A stretch of DNA of 64,000 nt from positions 3,016,323-3,080,322 of the forward strand of contig NW_021163015.1 of NCBI RefSeq assembly GCF_004324835.1, read 5' to 3'. Below, one piece after another: positions 46,292 through 60,062 of the stretch. The notes beneath the pieces were generated by a model. That model saw only the letters and a list, made by a program, of their open reading frames with translations, was not told the DNA's origin and did no database searches. The number at the start of each line of letters is the position of its first letter. The stretch's first letter is position 1. Origin of the DNA: Dendronephthya gigantea. Lineage: Eukaryota. The position numbers were made by a program, and so were the translations under genes.

Positions 46292-49200
46292 GAACTAGAT
46301 CATATCTTACGAGATAACTTTGACAGCACAATAAGCCGGTCGCTGAATAGGTTTCGAGGTATGTTTTTTGGCCTATGCGGTTGAAATGTATACACCACAG
46401 AAATTTCCTTTATAAGTGAAAGAAATAACAGTACATCATCCTTGTAGTAGCTCTTATATTCCGCAATTCTATAATGCATAGCTTTAATTTGCTTCAAACG
46501 AACTCGGTCTTTCAAATAAACGTATGTCTCGCTTGCAGTTCTTGCTGATTGTAGTCCTGGAGGATTGGATTCGTTGCTAAAGAAGAAGAGAGTCAACTTT
46601 GTTAAAGTTTCTGAACGCGCATCCTCTGGTATTTATTAAAATCTACTGATGAAATTTAATGAGCTCAAGCTTTTAAATATGTCTGGATGAACTTTGTTTT
46701 TTTTTAGATTTGCAACAGACAAGAGTCATTCTATCTCACATCAATATGACATTGGGTGAGTTGTATCGTCTCTCAAGTGGCCTGAGATCTGAGCTTGGGA
46801 AAATGAATCTTTATTTCAAAGAAGCTAAAAGACTCTGTTCTAGTTCTATGAAAATCATTAGCGGTGACGTCTGTAAGAAATTTGCCCGTGAAAAAGATGA
46901 TTTATTGCCTGGCTCCTCCCTTCAGGTATGTAAATGGCAAATACTTTGTTTCATTATGTTCTCAATTTTCGCCCTTTGTGTACAATGTTATAATAGGTTC
47001 CTAACTTTCTTGAAATAACTTCAATCATAATAACTTAAAACATAGTAAATACGCACGCTTCAGATCAGGCCTTGTTGATTAGTACAAAAGGAAATTGAAG
47101 TTCATTGAAAGAATTTCTTTGTCTAGGCGTCAAGGAATCTCTCAGAAACAACTTCAAGGCTTGATAAGTTTCTGAAGCATTTGAACTACTCCTCAGTCAA
47201 AAAGGTGCCTATCATCATTTGATATTATTATACACATGAACTGCAATACTGCATGACTTCCACCTGAACATGCGTCGTTATCTGGCGTTAAAAGACAACG
47301 CCATTGACGTTCACACCATCGCTAGTCTCTCGAGTGGATACCTCAATTTACACCATGAACAAGTGTCACCGCAAACTTGTTTTCTTGTTTTAGTCAGAGC
47401 ACAAAATGCTGTTCTTCGTGGGAGTATTTTTCCGTGTATTATACTAATATGTCTGCTCGTAATCGTTTGCAGGTACTTGAAACCCAGGAGGATGTTGAGC
47501 GTCAGTTATGCGAAGGAAGATCGGCCAAATTAAGAGGTTTGTATTACATGAGTACATAGCTGTTCATGCGTCTTGAAAGTGCCATCATATGTCGAAAAGC
47601 TTCCGTTTGTGGAAGGTTTAGACGGCGGTTCGCAAGCTTGGGCTAGAGCAAAGTGGGAGGTCCCCACTATTTGTCACAAAATTTCAGTCAATTCTATTTC
47701 AAAAGCTGGGAAGAGCTGGTCAGAACTACATAGGCTGACTTTTCCCGTCTTGTTCGAGCAAATGATCTCTGAATGCATACCATGGTAAAGAAGAAAATAA
47801 TGACACATTGGTTGCATTTTTGTAACTTTTATTACCGCCAATATGTGTCTAGTTGTTTACAGTCCTTGTGTCATAATATTCTAATGTTACATATAGTAAA
47901 ATTTACAGTGCCTTGGAAGTTTGAAACCTTAATCTCAGAAAAAATCGTTAGGAAAATACTAACTCTTGTATAGGCACATTTCATTGCCATGTTTTGTGAA
48001 ATATTGCATCACCTTGCTCAGTGGCTATTATAAATACCACTTTTGTAAAATCTTGCATTGCAAAACAAGAATTTGATCCCCAAGTGCGCGCTCCACCAAA
48101 CTGGAATTTTTTTGTCGTCAACATATCGTATGACCAAATTCCTGGAAATCTGGCTAGACCTGAATTAATTAGATTTACTCCATAATTTGATATGGTCCGA
48201 ATTTTTTGTGCGTCAGGCAATTTATATTCATCGTTCGACCCTTCTACCTGTGCCAAGGACTCGGGTTTTCAAAGCGGATCACTCAGACTGTCTGTCAACA
48301 CAAATAACGTAATAAAGTTAATATTATGGCTATTCTGTTGAACACCCAGTTCGTCTACCATGTCTTAGTTGGTTGTGAACAATTTTAATCTTATCTTGAA
48401 ATGAGATCGCAAATATCCATAAGTTCTGGGAGGTCTTCCAATTGGTCCACTTGAAGTTCGCGCTCCAAATAAGTCAACAAACCTTCATCGACTGGCTGTA
48501 AATTTTCAGTGACGTCAAGATTAGTTCCTGGTATATCTTTCATTTGTCCAGAAGTGCTTGGCGAAACATCACGTAGCGACGTTGGAAAGCTGCCCTGTCT
48601 CAATGACTGATAATTAACGGCATCAACATGTTTTTCAGACTTGCATAAACCATAAGCGTTGTTTTGAAGCTCTTCAAATGCACAGAAATCGTCATTATTG
48701 TCATACAATGAAGCACACGGTAACTCCGTGATGTTGTTTAGTTTCCTCGTCATTTCCGCAATGTCTTCGACCGTATTAAACGGGCAAAACAAATCCAAAA
48801 GTACGTCCGTTTCTTCTCGACAGAGTTTGCATCTTTTGCTCTCACACGTGTAAACGATGTAAGCTTCTTGATCATGCACAGTTTCTGAGTTGGTCGTTGA
48901 GCAAAGTTTGCAATTCAAATCTCTACATACAACCACGTTGCAGTCGCTGGACTGAAGCATTGTCGGTTGCAGAAGTTTCACTGAAATCTTTGTAAAACCC
49001 AACGCAGTAGACTCTGTTTTGCATGAAGTTCTGCACGATGATAGTGTGAACAGACGAGACAATGTCCCTTTCTTTTAAACGTGACTATTTACAATTCGAA
49101 GCAGTCCTTGGGGCAATGCGGTCTTCGAAATAGATTACACCGCTTTGCCTGCTCATTAAATCTGTCTGTCAATAAATGCAGTATTTTAAATTCCAGGATA

Positions 49201-52200
49201 TCTCTACAATTATTCACGCCGTTTAGAGTTCTGGACTCCTCAGCAAATCCTAATATGTATGATCCTCTTGCGTCTAATAACTCCTTTTCGGTCCTGTGGT
49301 AATTTGCATTAGTTGCGCGTTTTCCGTAAATTCTGTTGTCCAGGTTATGTTTACCGCGCGCACATCCCCATTAATAGTCAAACGCTCGTGTATATAGACA
49401 CGACTTGCCTATTTATGCTTACCGTGGCGAATAATTAGCCCATCAGGGGGTTATCGTTTTTAATTGTTGACTAGAGGAAGATTGGCGATGCTGCAAAGAT
49501 GATGTAGCAGACATTTAACTTGTGACATCCTGTTCGTGTCAAAATATTTCCTGTTTGGAAAATATCTTTATTGATTTCTTCCCTAAATCGTTCAAACAGG
49601 GCCCTACATGACGTACAAATCTGAAAGTGAGATTACATAATCAATTTTGTCTAATTCTATACAAAGTATTGTTGCGAGGTATACATTAAATAGTTATGGA
49701 AGCGTGGATCGAATTTAGGACACTGAGATTTCGTGGGGATGAATTGAAGAACAATCACATGCAGTCTGACACTAAAAAATATTCTCATACATGTAATTGG
49801 ATTATGTCTGAATATAGAGACTGAGTTCAGCTGTTAATATTAGCTGTCAACAAAAAAAATGGCTAAAATAAAGACGTAGTCACGTCGGCAAATGTGGAAA
49901 AAGAGATTGACTTGAGGAAATTGAAATGGTTCTCGGTTAAATATAGGATGTTTTGCTTTTAAGTGGGAAAAACTGAAGAACTTTGTCTACTGATGCACCA
50001 TCTACTAATTTGTCTAATCCAACGTCTCTCACTGCGGTGCTTGGCTATTTCTGTGCTGTACTTAATTCTAAAATATCAATTTCTAATTCTTATAACATTT
50101 CCGTTTCAACTTTCAAATGATGGAGAGCGGAACGAATATTTAAAACGTCTTATAGGAAAAACTCTCTGGGAATTTGACTACAGGAATCCAGCTCTCTACA
50201 CCGTAGTAGTTAGTAATAGGCTTTTTGACTATTTCCTTTTGCATAAGGACTGAAATGAGTGAAATCATCAACTATGCAATGTCATGCAGTAAAGGTGTTG
50301 ACTGCGTGCAAGGAAATCATAAGGCTTTTCTTGTTATCGCACGAGCCCATCAATCATAGTTTAATGGTGTTTACAGAAAATTGTCTCGTGTCAAGACTTG
50401 TCCGTTGTTCTAACCTCAGTAACCTTGATGGGGTATCCAGCCGTCTTGCTAGAGGGTGCAGGAATTAAATAGTGAGTGCGCTCGAGCACACTAAGTTTCT
50501 AATATATCTTCCTATACGTGCATTAGACGATTCAACGTGAACAACCTGAACTAGTGTGTGTGTGATGCTCGTGAAGTTATAGTGAACATGTTTGGGAATA
50601 CATTGCACGATACTCTTTATTACGATGCGACTAATCCAGTCTACCTTTCTAGATCAAATTTCCTTCGTAAACTTTATTGTGTCTTACTGCGTAATGAAAG
50701 CAATTCCTCGTAGTCGCTAGCATTTATGACCTTCACATTGTCATGGAGAGAATTCTCAGAATATATAAATGAATAATATTCAAATCACGAGCTTGTTCCC
50801 ACATTTTTCTCGGAATTAAAATTTATCACCTGTAGTGTTTAAAGTGCTTCTTAAGTTTTTAAAAGGATGCAGGTATACGTCGGTCAATGTAAGGAAAAAG
50901 ATGAAAGATGTTTTGGGAACCCCCAGCCTTGCTAAGTTTGTGATTCCGATCAAAATTCTGCTCTTAATGGCCACCTTAACGGCCACCTTTGATGTTTGGC
51001 TAAGGTCAATTCCTCTAATGCTTATTCTTGTGTAACTAAACATTGGCAAAAACGTGAATTCCGTTCTCTGTGTATTCATCAACAAACAGCGTTGTCATTA
51101 ATTGATGATTTCTTCCCATTTGATTTAGTTTGATTAAATTACTTATTTCATTTGATTTAAGTGGTTCCTCATAAGCCAATATACCGCCTATATATAGAGA
51201 GAGATTTCTCAGTACATTACCCTAATCCCTCACTTTATATTCTGCAGTTGTTTCACCTTCTGCCGTCTATCACTTGATATTATTCCTATTGCAGAATTGG
51301 AGAAACTTTGCGATGGAATTCAGATGGCAAGAGGTTTTACTCTGGACGTTGTCAAAAAATACTCTAACCAGGTTAGTTTATATCTTTGTTACATGTACGT
51401 CTGGAACAACGTCGTGGTCACGGTTTTAATATAATGCTTAAATATCTCAGCATATATAGTGAAAACTTTCAGTTTATATGAATTTACAGCTGGCTGAGAA
51501 ATCTTTGATTCCAATGAAAAATGAAGTTGACATGACTCTGGCAGACGATGGCAATATTGGGCGATATGAACACAAGAGGTGCGTTATACCACCATTCATG
51601 ATGTGTTTTTGTGCAATTCTTCAACTGCACAACAAAAACAAACAATGAATCTAATGGGAAACAACACTGTTTATGAATAATCCTTCTGTACAAGGTGGTG
51701 GATTTCTTTTTTAATCATCCAAGTCATGCTTATGGCATCGTTGTCAATATTTGGCAGCCTCGTTTTGAACCTGGTTGGTCCGTATGTTTCACGTCTACCG
51801 TTCAACACTTATTACATGATGGAAACGAAAAAATGGCTTCTCTGGTTGCCAAAACGACTTCTTTTAAGGTACATGTTATATGGTGATTGTTGCATGGTTT
51901 TATTGCAGTCACACTCATGAAACCTGAGATTGAAACTTTGGAACTAGAAACTTGTAAAAAAATAATGTATGCATCTTTCATTTTCTGTTAAGTTCTACTG
52001 TTGTTCAACTATCCATGGCCATCGTTGTGAATTTGTGTGCTGGAGTGGCCTTTCTGGTTGTCTCTAACTTGGCGCTCGTCTGTGAGATGTCCTCGCATTA
52101 CGAGAGACTGGATAATGTATGTGGAGTGAATCATGTTTGATATAACTTATTTCACTTGAATCCGCGATAATCACTAAATCATATTCCCACTGTCTTACAG

Positions 52201-54048
52201 ATATTAGACACATCTAAATTCCTTCAAGAATCTAAATTGTTTACCAAGGAACAAAAATCACTTAAACTGTTCAAAAAGATCAGGTTCGTTGCAGACGTTT
52301 TCTAGAGTTCAACCAATTATTCATCATGCTTGTTTACAAAGTTAACACAGAAGCATGCACATAAACTGAAACACTGGATTAAAATTTAACCCAGGGTTAG
52401 CCAGGACACCAGCCTGAGCATTTTCCCTTCTTCCTTTAGCGAATGTCCAGAAGATGGTACCTTGTGGGTGATGTTGAACCTGGATGAAAAATTTAACATC
52501 AACAATAGCGTTAATAAACTGAATGTACGTTAACTGAGACTTCTTTCTTCAGCCTTTTTAATAGTTGAAAGTAAGTATTTCTCGTTTTTTGGCATATGTA
52601 GGAAATTCCTCGCATTGCAGATCGCGTGTTTGGAGACGGAGGTGTTCTACTAGATAAGGGAAGACAAAAGCATTTGCAAGACTTTGATAGAATCTTACGA
52701 GAATGGAGAAACATCGGTTTAGGGAAGGTTAACATTGATGCATTAGCTGAACAGGTGCGCTTTTAGAGTTTGATAGCGCTCACATGTCGAGGTTCAACAT
52801 CAATTTTTTCCAACGGTAGGTGAATAATCCAATATTGGATAAATCTTTCCGAAAACTGAGCAAGAGTTTACTCTCGTCCTATCAACCACACTCAGGCAAA
52901 AAGAAAGAAAATGTGGTAAGTGTTTTATTCGCTTTAAACGGAGAAATTTTCTTTGGAAAAACATGTCCTGAATGTGAGACAAGTAAATCGTAATTTTAGT
53001 GCTGAATTTTAGTTTTCTTTTGTATTGTACAGACCCGCACACCTTTTAAGATGTCCCGAAACTTATCAAATAATGCGCATGTCATTGAAGAAAATTATAT
53101 CAAACTTTATTCAGTGCTGTCGGTGAGGAATGCAATTAATCTTTCAATTTATTGTCTCAGAAATTCCTTTAAAGATTTATGGCCTGTTTCATGTGCCGAA
53201 TCGAATGCAAATGAGCTTAACAACGACTTTAGCTCATTAACATTAGTTTCGGCAGATGGAACGTTGGACGTCTGAAAAAGGCCTAAGATATCAGATCTTT
53301 GACAAGCTCATTCAAAGTTCCCCTTTTTAGAAATTGTTGAATAGACATTTAGAAAGCTTCAACAAGTCAAGAGAGAAAGCTTTTGTGAGTGTAATTATTA
53401 CTAATTAAACATTATTTGTAAATATTAGGTGTAGATTAAACGTTGCATTTTCCCCGAATGCATGCATAAGACAATGGATGATAATAATGAGATGATTGTT
53501 AGGGTTAATGATGTGTCAATTGCATTTGACGCGAGCGAAAAGCCACGTTCAACATCATTATCCGGTATTTATCTTTTTCCTAGACCAAAATCTGAAAGCG
53601 TCAGATGTATTTTCGCTTATTTTATTTCCATTGTAGGAAAGCTTCAACATCATGAGTGATTTATATTCTAATATTGCCAGCGACACTTTGGAACGAACTG
53701 CGCACGAGGTAAAATTGAAGCAATTTATACATTTAATTTTTACTGTCTTTGAGAGCTTTGTGTCCTGTTTCCAACCTTCACATCAGATTGTCGATCGTCA
53801 AGCGGTTCACACTGTTGAAGTGATCAAGAAATTCATAAAAGACAGCGTGAATAAGGTGAGATTGGTGAAATATGCACAGAGTAATAAACGAACATGCAAT
53901 CGTGCTAAGAAAACATGCAGTATAAATTCTAAACCGTACATTTTAGGTGAGAAGTAACGTTGGCAAATGTAGTCCAGTAAAACACGCTTATAACCAAACA
54001 GTTTGCTTATTCTGTCGCGACCTCTTCGGAACATGGGTAGGTTACTAA
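46292..54048 (+). CDS. Uncharacterized multi-exon gene (provisional model). The predicted protein has coiled-coil-like charged segments and one central hydrophobic (transmembrane-like) segment. At least 15 short exons
   Basis: GT-AG-bounded, phase-consistent exons read from the sequence: 46292-46358 (ELDHILRDNFDSTISRSLNRFR), 46708-46925 (LQQTRVILSHINMTLGELYRLSSGLRSELGKMNLYFKEAKRL...PGSSLQ), 47127-47204, 47473-47536 (VLETQEDVERQLCEGRSAKLR), 51295-51371 (LEKLCDGIQMARGFTLDVVKKYSNQ), 51490-51578, 51993-52116 (STVVQLSMAIVVNLCAGVAFLVVSNLALVCEMSSHYERLDN, hydrophobic), 52201-52283, 52440-52524, 52602-52754 (EIPRIADRVFGDGGVLLDKGRQKHLQDFDRILREWRNIGLGKVNIDALAEQ), 52820-52915, 53033-53122, 53637-53708, 53786-53854, about 53947-54048. 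I could not recognise a family. The 5' end is not defined, so exons upstream of 46292 may exist. Whether 46292-47536 and 51295-54048 belong to one transcript is inferred only from phase compatibility. Confidence 0.35.
48391..48960 (-). CDS. Hypothetical single-exon cysteine-rich protein of about 189 aa, on the minus strand inside the long 47537-51294 gap of the provisional plus-strand gene
   Basis: Uninterrupted 223-codon ORF. The ORF-track start at 49062 is TTG, so the first ATG gives MLQSSDCNVVVCRDLNCKLCSTTNSETVHDQEAYIVYTCESKRCKLCREETDVLLDLFCPFN..., followed by an acidic tail (...LQVDQLEDLPELMDICDLISR*). The N-terminal cysteine spacing CxxxxCxxxxCxxC...CxxxxCxxC suggests a metal-binding module. 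I recognise no family. ORF length in an AT-rich context is the only support. Confidence 0.25.
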   Translation of the reverse strand: MLQSSDCNVVVCRDLNCKLCSTTNSETVHDQEAYIVYTCESKRCKLCREETDVLLDLFCPFNTVEDIAEMTRKLNNITELPCASLYDNNDDFCAFEELQNNAYGLCKSEKHVDAVNYQSLRQGSFPTSLRDVSPSTSGQMKDIPGTNLDVTENLQPVDEGLLTYLERELQVDQLEDLPELMDICDLISR

Positions 54049-55657
54049 ATAAACGAAATTTCGAAGCATCCCTTGAGTTAGAACTTCACTTGTTACAACA
54101 CCTGTCCGTCAGTTCCATCTGTGATTCATTCGTCCGTTTTTATAGAATTCTTGGTGGATATTATCGATGTTGTGTGGTTTTCTTACAATATTGTCTATCA
54201 TTCTATGTTTCCTATTATTGGAACGAATCAACTGAATTCATGGGTTTACACTTTGCGTAATGACGGTTAATTTGCTATATACTAATCTTGGTACTCTCCG
54301 GAGATTTGGTATGTATGTTATAACTGTAGTTAGCGGGTTCAATCAGGCCCAGGGCTGTCTATTATGTGTTGCCGTAGCCTTCTTTACAAAATGAATCATC
54401 ATTTTCGCTTTTCGAATCGACATATACAAAACTTGCAATGTCGCAGGTGTTTTCCAAGAACAAAGTCAAGCTGAATTGTCAAGATTCAGCAGATAACACC
54501 CTCTTTTTCTGATTAAACAAAAGAAGTAAAATTTGTCAGAAAAGGAAAAAAAGTAATTACATTTAAAGCAGGCATATTTTGCATATAAATAGGGTGTCTA
54601 GGATGAGAACTCTTAATTGAAACCACGATCTTATATATTTATACTCCATGGAGGTAAAACACTTCCCTTGAATCAACCAGCCGGGTCAGTTCATGCCGTT
54701 TCCAAACAAGCGGTTATATTTATTCATTTCTGGTTTTATTCCATGCATGCGATATTTATGTGAGATTACACAGACAGAACTTGCTTGATAAGATAAGCAT
54801 ACGTGATCTTTATCATTTCAACTATAATAAATGATAATTGCACGCATGTGTTTAGAATAATAATTTTCATACAACCGCGTCAGAACTACGAATATACATT
54901 TATGCATTAACAGAATCGATTTTCTTTCAAGGGCCTCTCAGCCAGCCAGACAAAAATTTCTATCGAATTGAAAGGATTGTAAGGATCGAATGTAATGCGA
55001 TAAGAAACAAACCCGAAGCCTGTCGATACCTTCACAAAGAGCCTTTAAATTAGGCTAACCTTCTCTCTTAGTTTAATTTTTTTTAAATGTTAATTTATTT
55101 GTACAAGCGCAAGGCGACTTAACTTTTTATGAGTAAAAAATAATGGGAAGTTGAATACAAAGAATTTTCCATCCTAATGTTTCGAAATATCCAATTATAA
55201 CATCTTAATTTCTTGGGGTTGAGCAAGATGATTGCGCATTCGAAATGATTACATTTGAAGGGTGAAAACTGAGCTGTTTTAGCATGACTCCACCTCCCAG
55301 CCAATCTTCGAGTCGCGAGATAATTACGCGCTGCGAAAATGCTCCTTTTTTGGGGCTAACGAAATGATTTTTTTTTCAGAAATGACTAATTAACCGTTGG
55401 ATGTGTTTTTCCGCGCATGTGCAATGCCTCCCACGCGGGACTAGCACCTGCTGACGGGCGCGCAGTTGCGCCAAACAAAGAAATGAACACACACGCGCTT
55501 TACTAAGCAGCTGCGTTTAGTGCGTATTATTGCGATTCTTAATAAATAAAGTTAGTTTTATAGACTTAAGCGAGATACGCTTTGTTGGAATACCCATCGC
55601 GGTCTACTTTTTACCAGTTTATGTATAAGGAATAGAGCTGCAGGGAATGGCATGATT

Positions 55658-55675
55658 TGTGTGTGTGTGTGTGTG
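55658..55675. repeat. (TG)9 microsatellite, 130 bp upstream of the K2P paralog A start codon
   Basis: TGTGTGTGTGTGTGTGTG read directly from the sequence. Confidence 0.9.
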
Positions 55676-55807
55676 ATCAAGTTTGTCCGCCCACAGGCAA
55701 CTCTTGATTTTCGAGCTGATAAATAGACAGATGTTGTTACTCGCGTCTATTTAGTGCCAGTTCGCTGCTCATTGCACTGACGAATTCGATGCACATCGCT
55801 TTTCAGG

Positions 55808-58800
55808 ATGAAGAGTATGGACAAAGCACCGGCAACAAGTTCGTCCAGCCTTCTTGTCCAGTTATTCCTGTTTTTTTGTTACTTAATCTTCGGCGCATTC
55901 GTTTTCCGAGCCCTCGAACTGGAGAACGAGGCACGTGAAAGACGACTTCTACTCAACTCAAGAAAGGACTTACAAAGAAAATACAATGTTACAGAGGAGG
56001 ATTTAAGACGCTTCATCAAACTGATACAGGCCATCGCAGATCAGGGATTCTCAGATGAATGGGTCGATCGATGGAACTTCATTGGCGCGTTGTTCTTTTC
56101 AGGCACAGTCGTTACCACTATCGGTAAGTAAACATTGGATCATGTTGAGAATTAATCATTTAGTTTGGCATAGAAGATAGATTGGAGAAACTTTCGTCCA
56201 TTGTTTAATCATCATAGTTATATTATGCATTGACAATAATGGGTAAAAGAGGTTGGGTTGGTGTAAATCAAGTCTATCAACTGCTGCTTCGATTAAATTC
56301 GTCCAAGAAAAGAATACATTTATCCTTAGGGGGCACAATTACCTGTAATTATCCCGATTTTAACAATATCGATTGTTCGTATGTATGTAACTTGACGCCG
56401 AGTAGTATCTTTGCTCCGGAAGTAAATCAATAACCAACTGCCAATTGAAGACACTTTTTCCACATTATTGAAGTTAGAATGAAATAAATTGTTTGATATG
56501 TTTCATTATTCATAAGAGCTAACCTGATGTCAGCAATGTGGTAATATAACATTCCAGTGTCTGCAGAAGACAGTGTGAAACGATATATATAGAGAACATC
56601 GTTATTACCCATGGTAATTGCGGTTTTGTTTTTTGACTAATTGACTTGCAGGTAGTCTTGTGCTTGCAGTGTTTTTCTAATCAGAGATGCATGAGATTCA
56701 GGTGTCCATGTATGCTTTGCCATCGGCATAACGAAATACATCGATAAATATAATCAAGTTTATAAAATTAAAGAAAAGTTGATGTGAACTGTAGCCTCGA
56801 CAAAAGAATGCTGAATGCAATAGAATTCGAAATCTTATCACAAATCAAAAGCCATTTGCTTTTCTTATTTTCGCAATCATTGTCTAATGCATATTAGTAT
56901 TAGCGCATTGGAAGAAGAACAGCAATTATTTTGTGCAATTATTTTGGGCGATTGCATGGTAATTAAAGACTTATAGGCTTATAATGATTTTTACCCTATC
57001 GAACTGAGATGAAGCGAGTATATCGGCTTTTAAAGACGAAAAGGTGTGTTTTGGCAAAACAACAGGAATGTTGACACTAATTCCTTGAGCACACAGGGCC
57101 AGAAAGCATTCGCTGTCATAATATCATTGATTTGAACAATCTCAACATCTGGGAACTAAGGTTCTTCTGCACCGACTGCACGTTGGCGTTGCTGACAAAT
57201 GTTGCCGGACAAGTCTTGAGATGACATCAATGATGTATCTTCTTCAGTCAGTTATCATCTTTATATTACCGACTAAATCGCACTATGTAAACGTGGCCTT
57301 ACTTGAACCATCTGGTTCACAATTTTCACCGCCCTCGATAGCAAAGAAACAGCTAAATATATATACATAACACTGAAAAAACTTGACTTTTTTAATTTTT
57401 AAAGTCTAGACTAAAGCCTTGCGTAGTAGCAACCTTATCTTTGGAAACACTCTTGCGACTTGCGTATTGTAAAAATAGCGACGTCTCGCCTATCGCCTAT
57501 CTTTTTGAGCGATAAAATATTCATGGCAAGGCAAATATTACTCTACTTCCCCGCAGTTAAACAATATAGTATTATTGTGGAAACTCTACGTATATGTTTA
57601 CTGTCGATCCTTTGTTTGCAACTGAACTTCTTTCAACAGGCAGCTGGTAGACAAGAATCTCTTTCTTTGCGAGCATGCAATGTGGATACCGTCCGGACAT
57701 TATTTCGTTTCTTTTTATGCCAAGTTTACTCTATGTAAAGTGATGGCGGTGCGCTTATAGAGCTTCTAAAAGGGAGCGATTCATTAGGGATGATTTCAAA
57801 TGGTAAGGTTTGACCAGACCTCTTTATAAAAGGACCTGACTAAGAAGGCTCAATTTTGAACCAGTTAGCCCAGCGTTAATTTGACTCCTCAGTTTTGAGC
57901 GTGTTAAATTCTGATGAGATTTAAAGGGGATGTACTCATCTGATTGTTTGGCATGACGATCCAGGCCATCATCATTCATCACAACTCTTCGATTCATTCT
58001 CAACTATGATAACTCTCTCCTACCTGACTTCCCTGGTAAGCCCCCAGTTAACATTCATCGATCATGGGTATAGCCTAGTATGTGCCCAGTTTCAAACTCC
58101 AGTCAATAACGCACGTGTCGTAAAATCTTGCTATCTCTTGCAGGTTACGGTCATCTCGCTCCGACGACGAACAGCGGTCGTATATTTTGCATATTTTACG
58201 CACTAATTGGAATACCTCTGACATGGATGTTGCTGGCTCGTTTGGGATACATGATATCATATGGGGTGTCAAGAGCCATATCAGAATTCGAGAAGAGATT
58301 TCTTAAACGTGATCCCAGAAATGTGGGTTTGAAATGCACCCTTGTGACATTTTTAATGGCCTTTACAATGATTCTTCTCATCGCCTGCGTCGCACATTAC
58401 AGTGAACAATGGTCATTTCTCGATGGTATCTACTTTGGTTTTGTAACACTAAGTACTATAGGTAAGTATCTGTGTATCTGATTTATCACCTCATATTTTA
58501 CTCAGCTTCCTAAAAGGGGAAAGGCAGAGGAGGAAGTTTGCCCCAGGTTTAGGAACATCCCCACGATAACGCCCATGGAAAAGCCAACTACCAAACCGAA
58601 GTCTGACTTTCGTACAATCATTTGACTGCGCTTCTTTCGATTCCCAGGATTTGGTGATTTGGTCCCACTCCATCCATGTCCTGGTCAAGACACGGCCGCA
58701 TATGCTGCCCACGTGACTGTATTTACGGTAATGACGTTGCTATATTTTACCATCGGTCTGGCAATCGTATCTAGCATGATGTTATCAATCAGCGCTGCTA

Positions 58801-58877
58801 TGGAAGACCCATCGTTGCTCGGCTTTCACAAAGTAGCCAATACCGACCAATCCTGTCAGGACAGTGAATTCGATTAG
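55808..58877 (+). CDS. Two-pore-domain potassium channel subunit (K2P/KCNK family), paralog A, 3 coding exons
   Basis: Exon 1 55808-56123: MKSMDKAPATSSSSLLVQLFLFFCYLIFGAFVFRALELENEARERRLLLNSRKDLQRK...WNFIGALFFSGTVVTTI (TM1, cap helix, pore loop P1 TTIGYG). Exon 2 58144-58461: GYGHLAPTTNSGRIFCIFYALIGIPLTWMLLARLGY...HYSEQWSFLDGIYFGFVTLSTI. Exon 3 58648-58877: GFGDLVPLHP...TLLYFTIGLAIVSSMMLSIS...* (P2 TIGFGD). The selectivity filters are TIGYG in P1 and TIGFGD in P2, the K2P hallmark. Confidence 0.85.
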
Positions 58878-60062
58878 GATTCTTGTACGCGCCATATGAC
58901 GCCATCAAGTTTCTCTCACCTGATGACGTCATATGGGCAGCGATGTTCCTGGAACCTACTACGTAATCGCTTTCACGGAATTCACGTACCAATAGAGAGT
59001 GAATAGTGTTCATTGATACCCCTCAATTTGCAGGACACTGCAGCTGTGCCAATGTGCCAGCAAATGAATTGAAATTATTTTTAAACAATATTCTTGGCAC
59101 AATCTTGATGAAAAGATATTTTGTTTAAAGTAATTTCAATGTTGTTGGAATTGTCCTTAATCTTGGAGTTATAGATCTCTTGGTACAAAACTATGCTTCT
59201 CTAAAAACGGAGAATTTGAATTAAAGGATCTGCATTAAAATATGGCAGCATTTTTTACCAGGGAGACGTGTGTTCTACCTATAGGAACAACCGAACAAGG
59301 TTTTATTTAGGCAATATGAAAACAAAGTGGTCACAACCCTCTAGTTTACTGTCATCTTTGACTGAAATCCATTCTGTTACAGGCAAATCAAACTCATCAT
59401 CGTATCGTACAGTTAATTTATTATTTTCATTCACGAAAATTCAAATAACACTTTACAGTAATTGCACAGCAATAAATTTATCTTAATTTCATTCAACACA
59501 CACTCGGCTTAGTCCTTAGGAAGTTTAACAAACAAGAAATGAAGAACTAGTAAGTTTCCGTCACCGACCGTAGTTCCTTTTCAGGGAGATACCGACTAGG
59601 AGATCTTGATAATTAAATAAATAACAAATTAGAGAAGAACACTAACAACTACCATCGCCAATGATAAGAATCAATTGGTACAGTTTCGCACTTCAACGTC
59701 ACTTTTTAGAATGAGTTTTGATCAAATTTGTTCACAGCGAATGTTCGTTTACAGCGAATGTTCGAAATTAGGTGAATACTTTTGGAGACGATATTTTAAA
59801 GTTAAGGTCATAATTTTCATGAGTTTTGCATTTTGTTTTGCTTGAAACTTGGTAGAATTCGGCAAACCAGTTAACCTGCGACGCCTCGTCCTAAATTCAG
59901 GCATTTTTAAAGTTCATAGAAACATTCGTAACATTCGTATCCTTCAGAGTTGTCTGAGTGATATAATTTAGAAAGAAAGTTCACTTAATCCGCGAAGAAG
60001 ATACGACGGGTGTTGACCGTGTTGTTTATTAAACTTCCATTACGACGTTTGTTTAAGATTTT

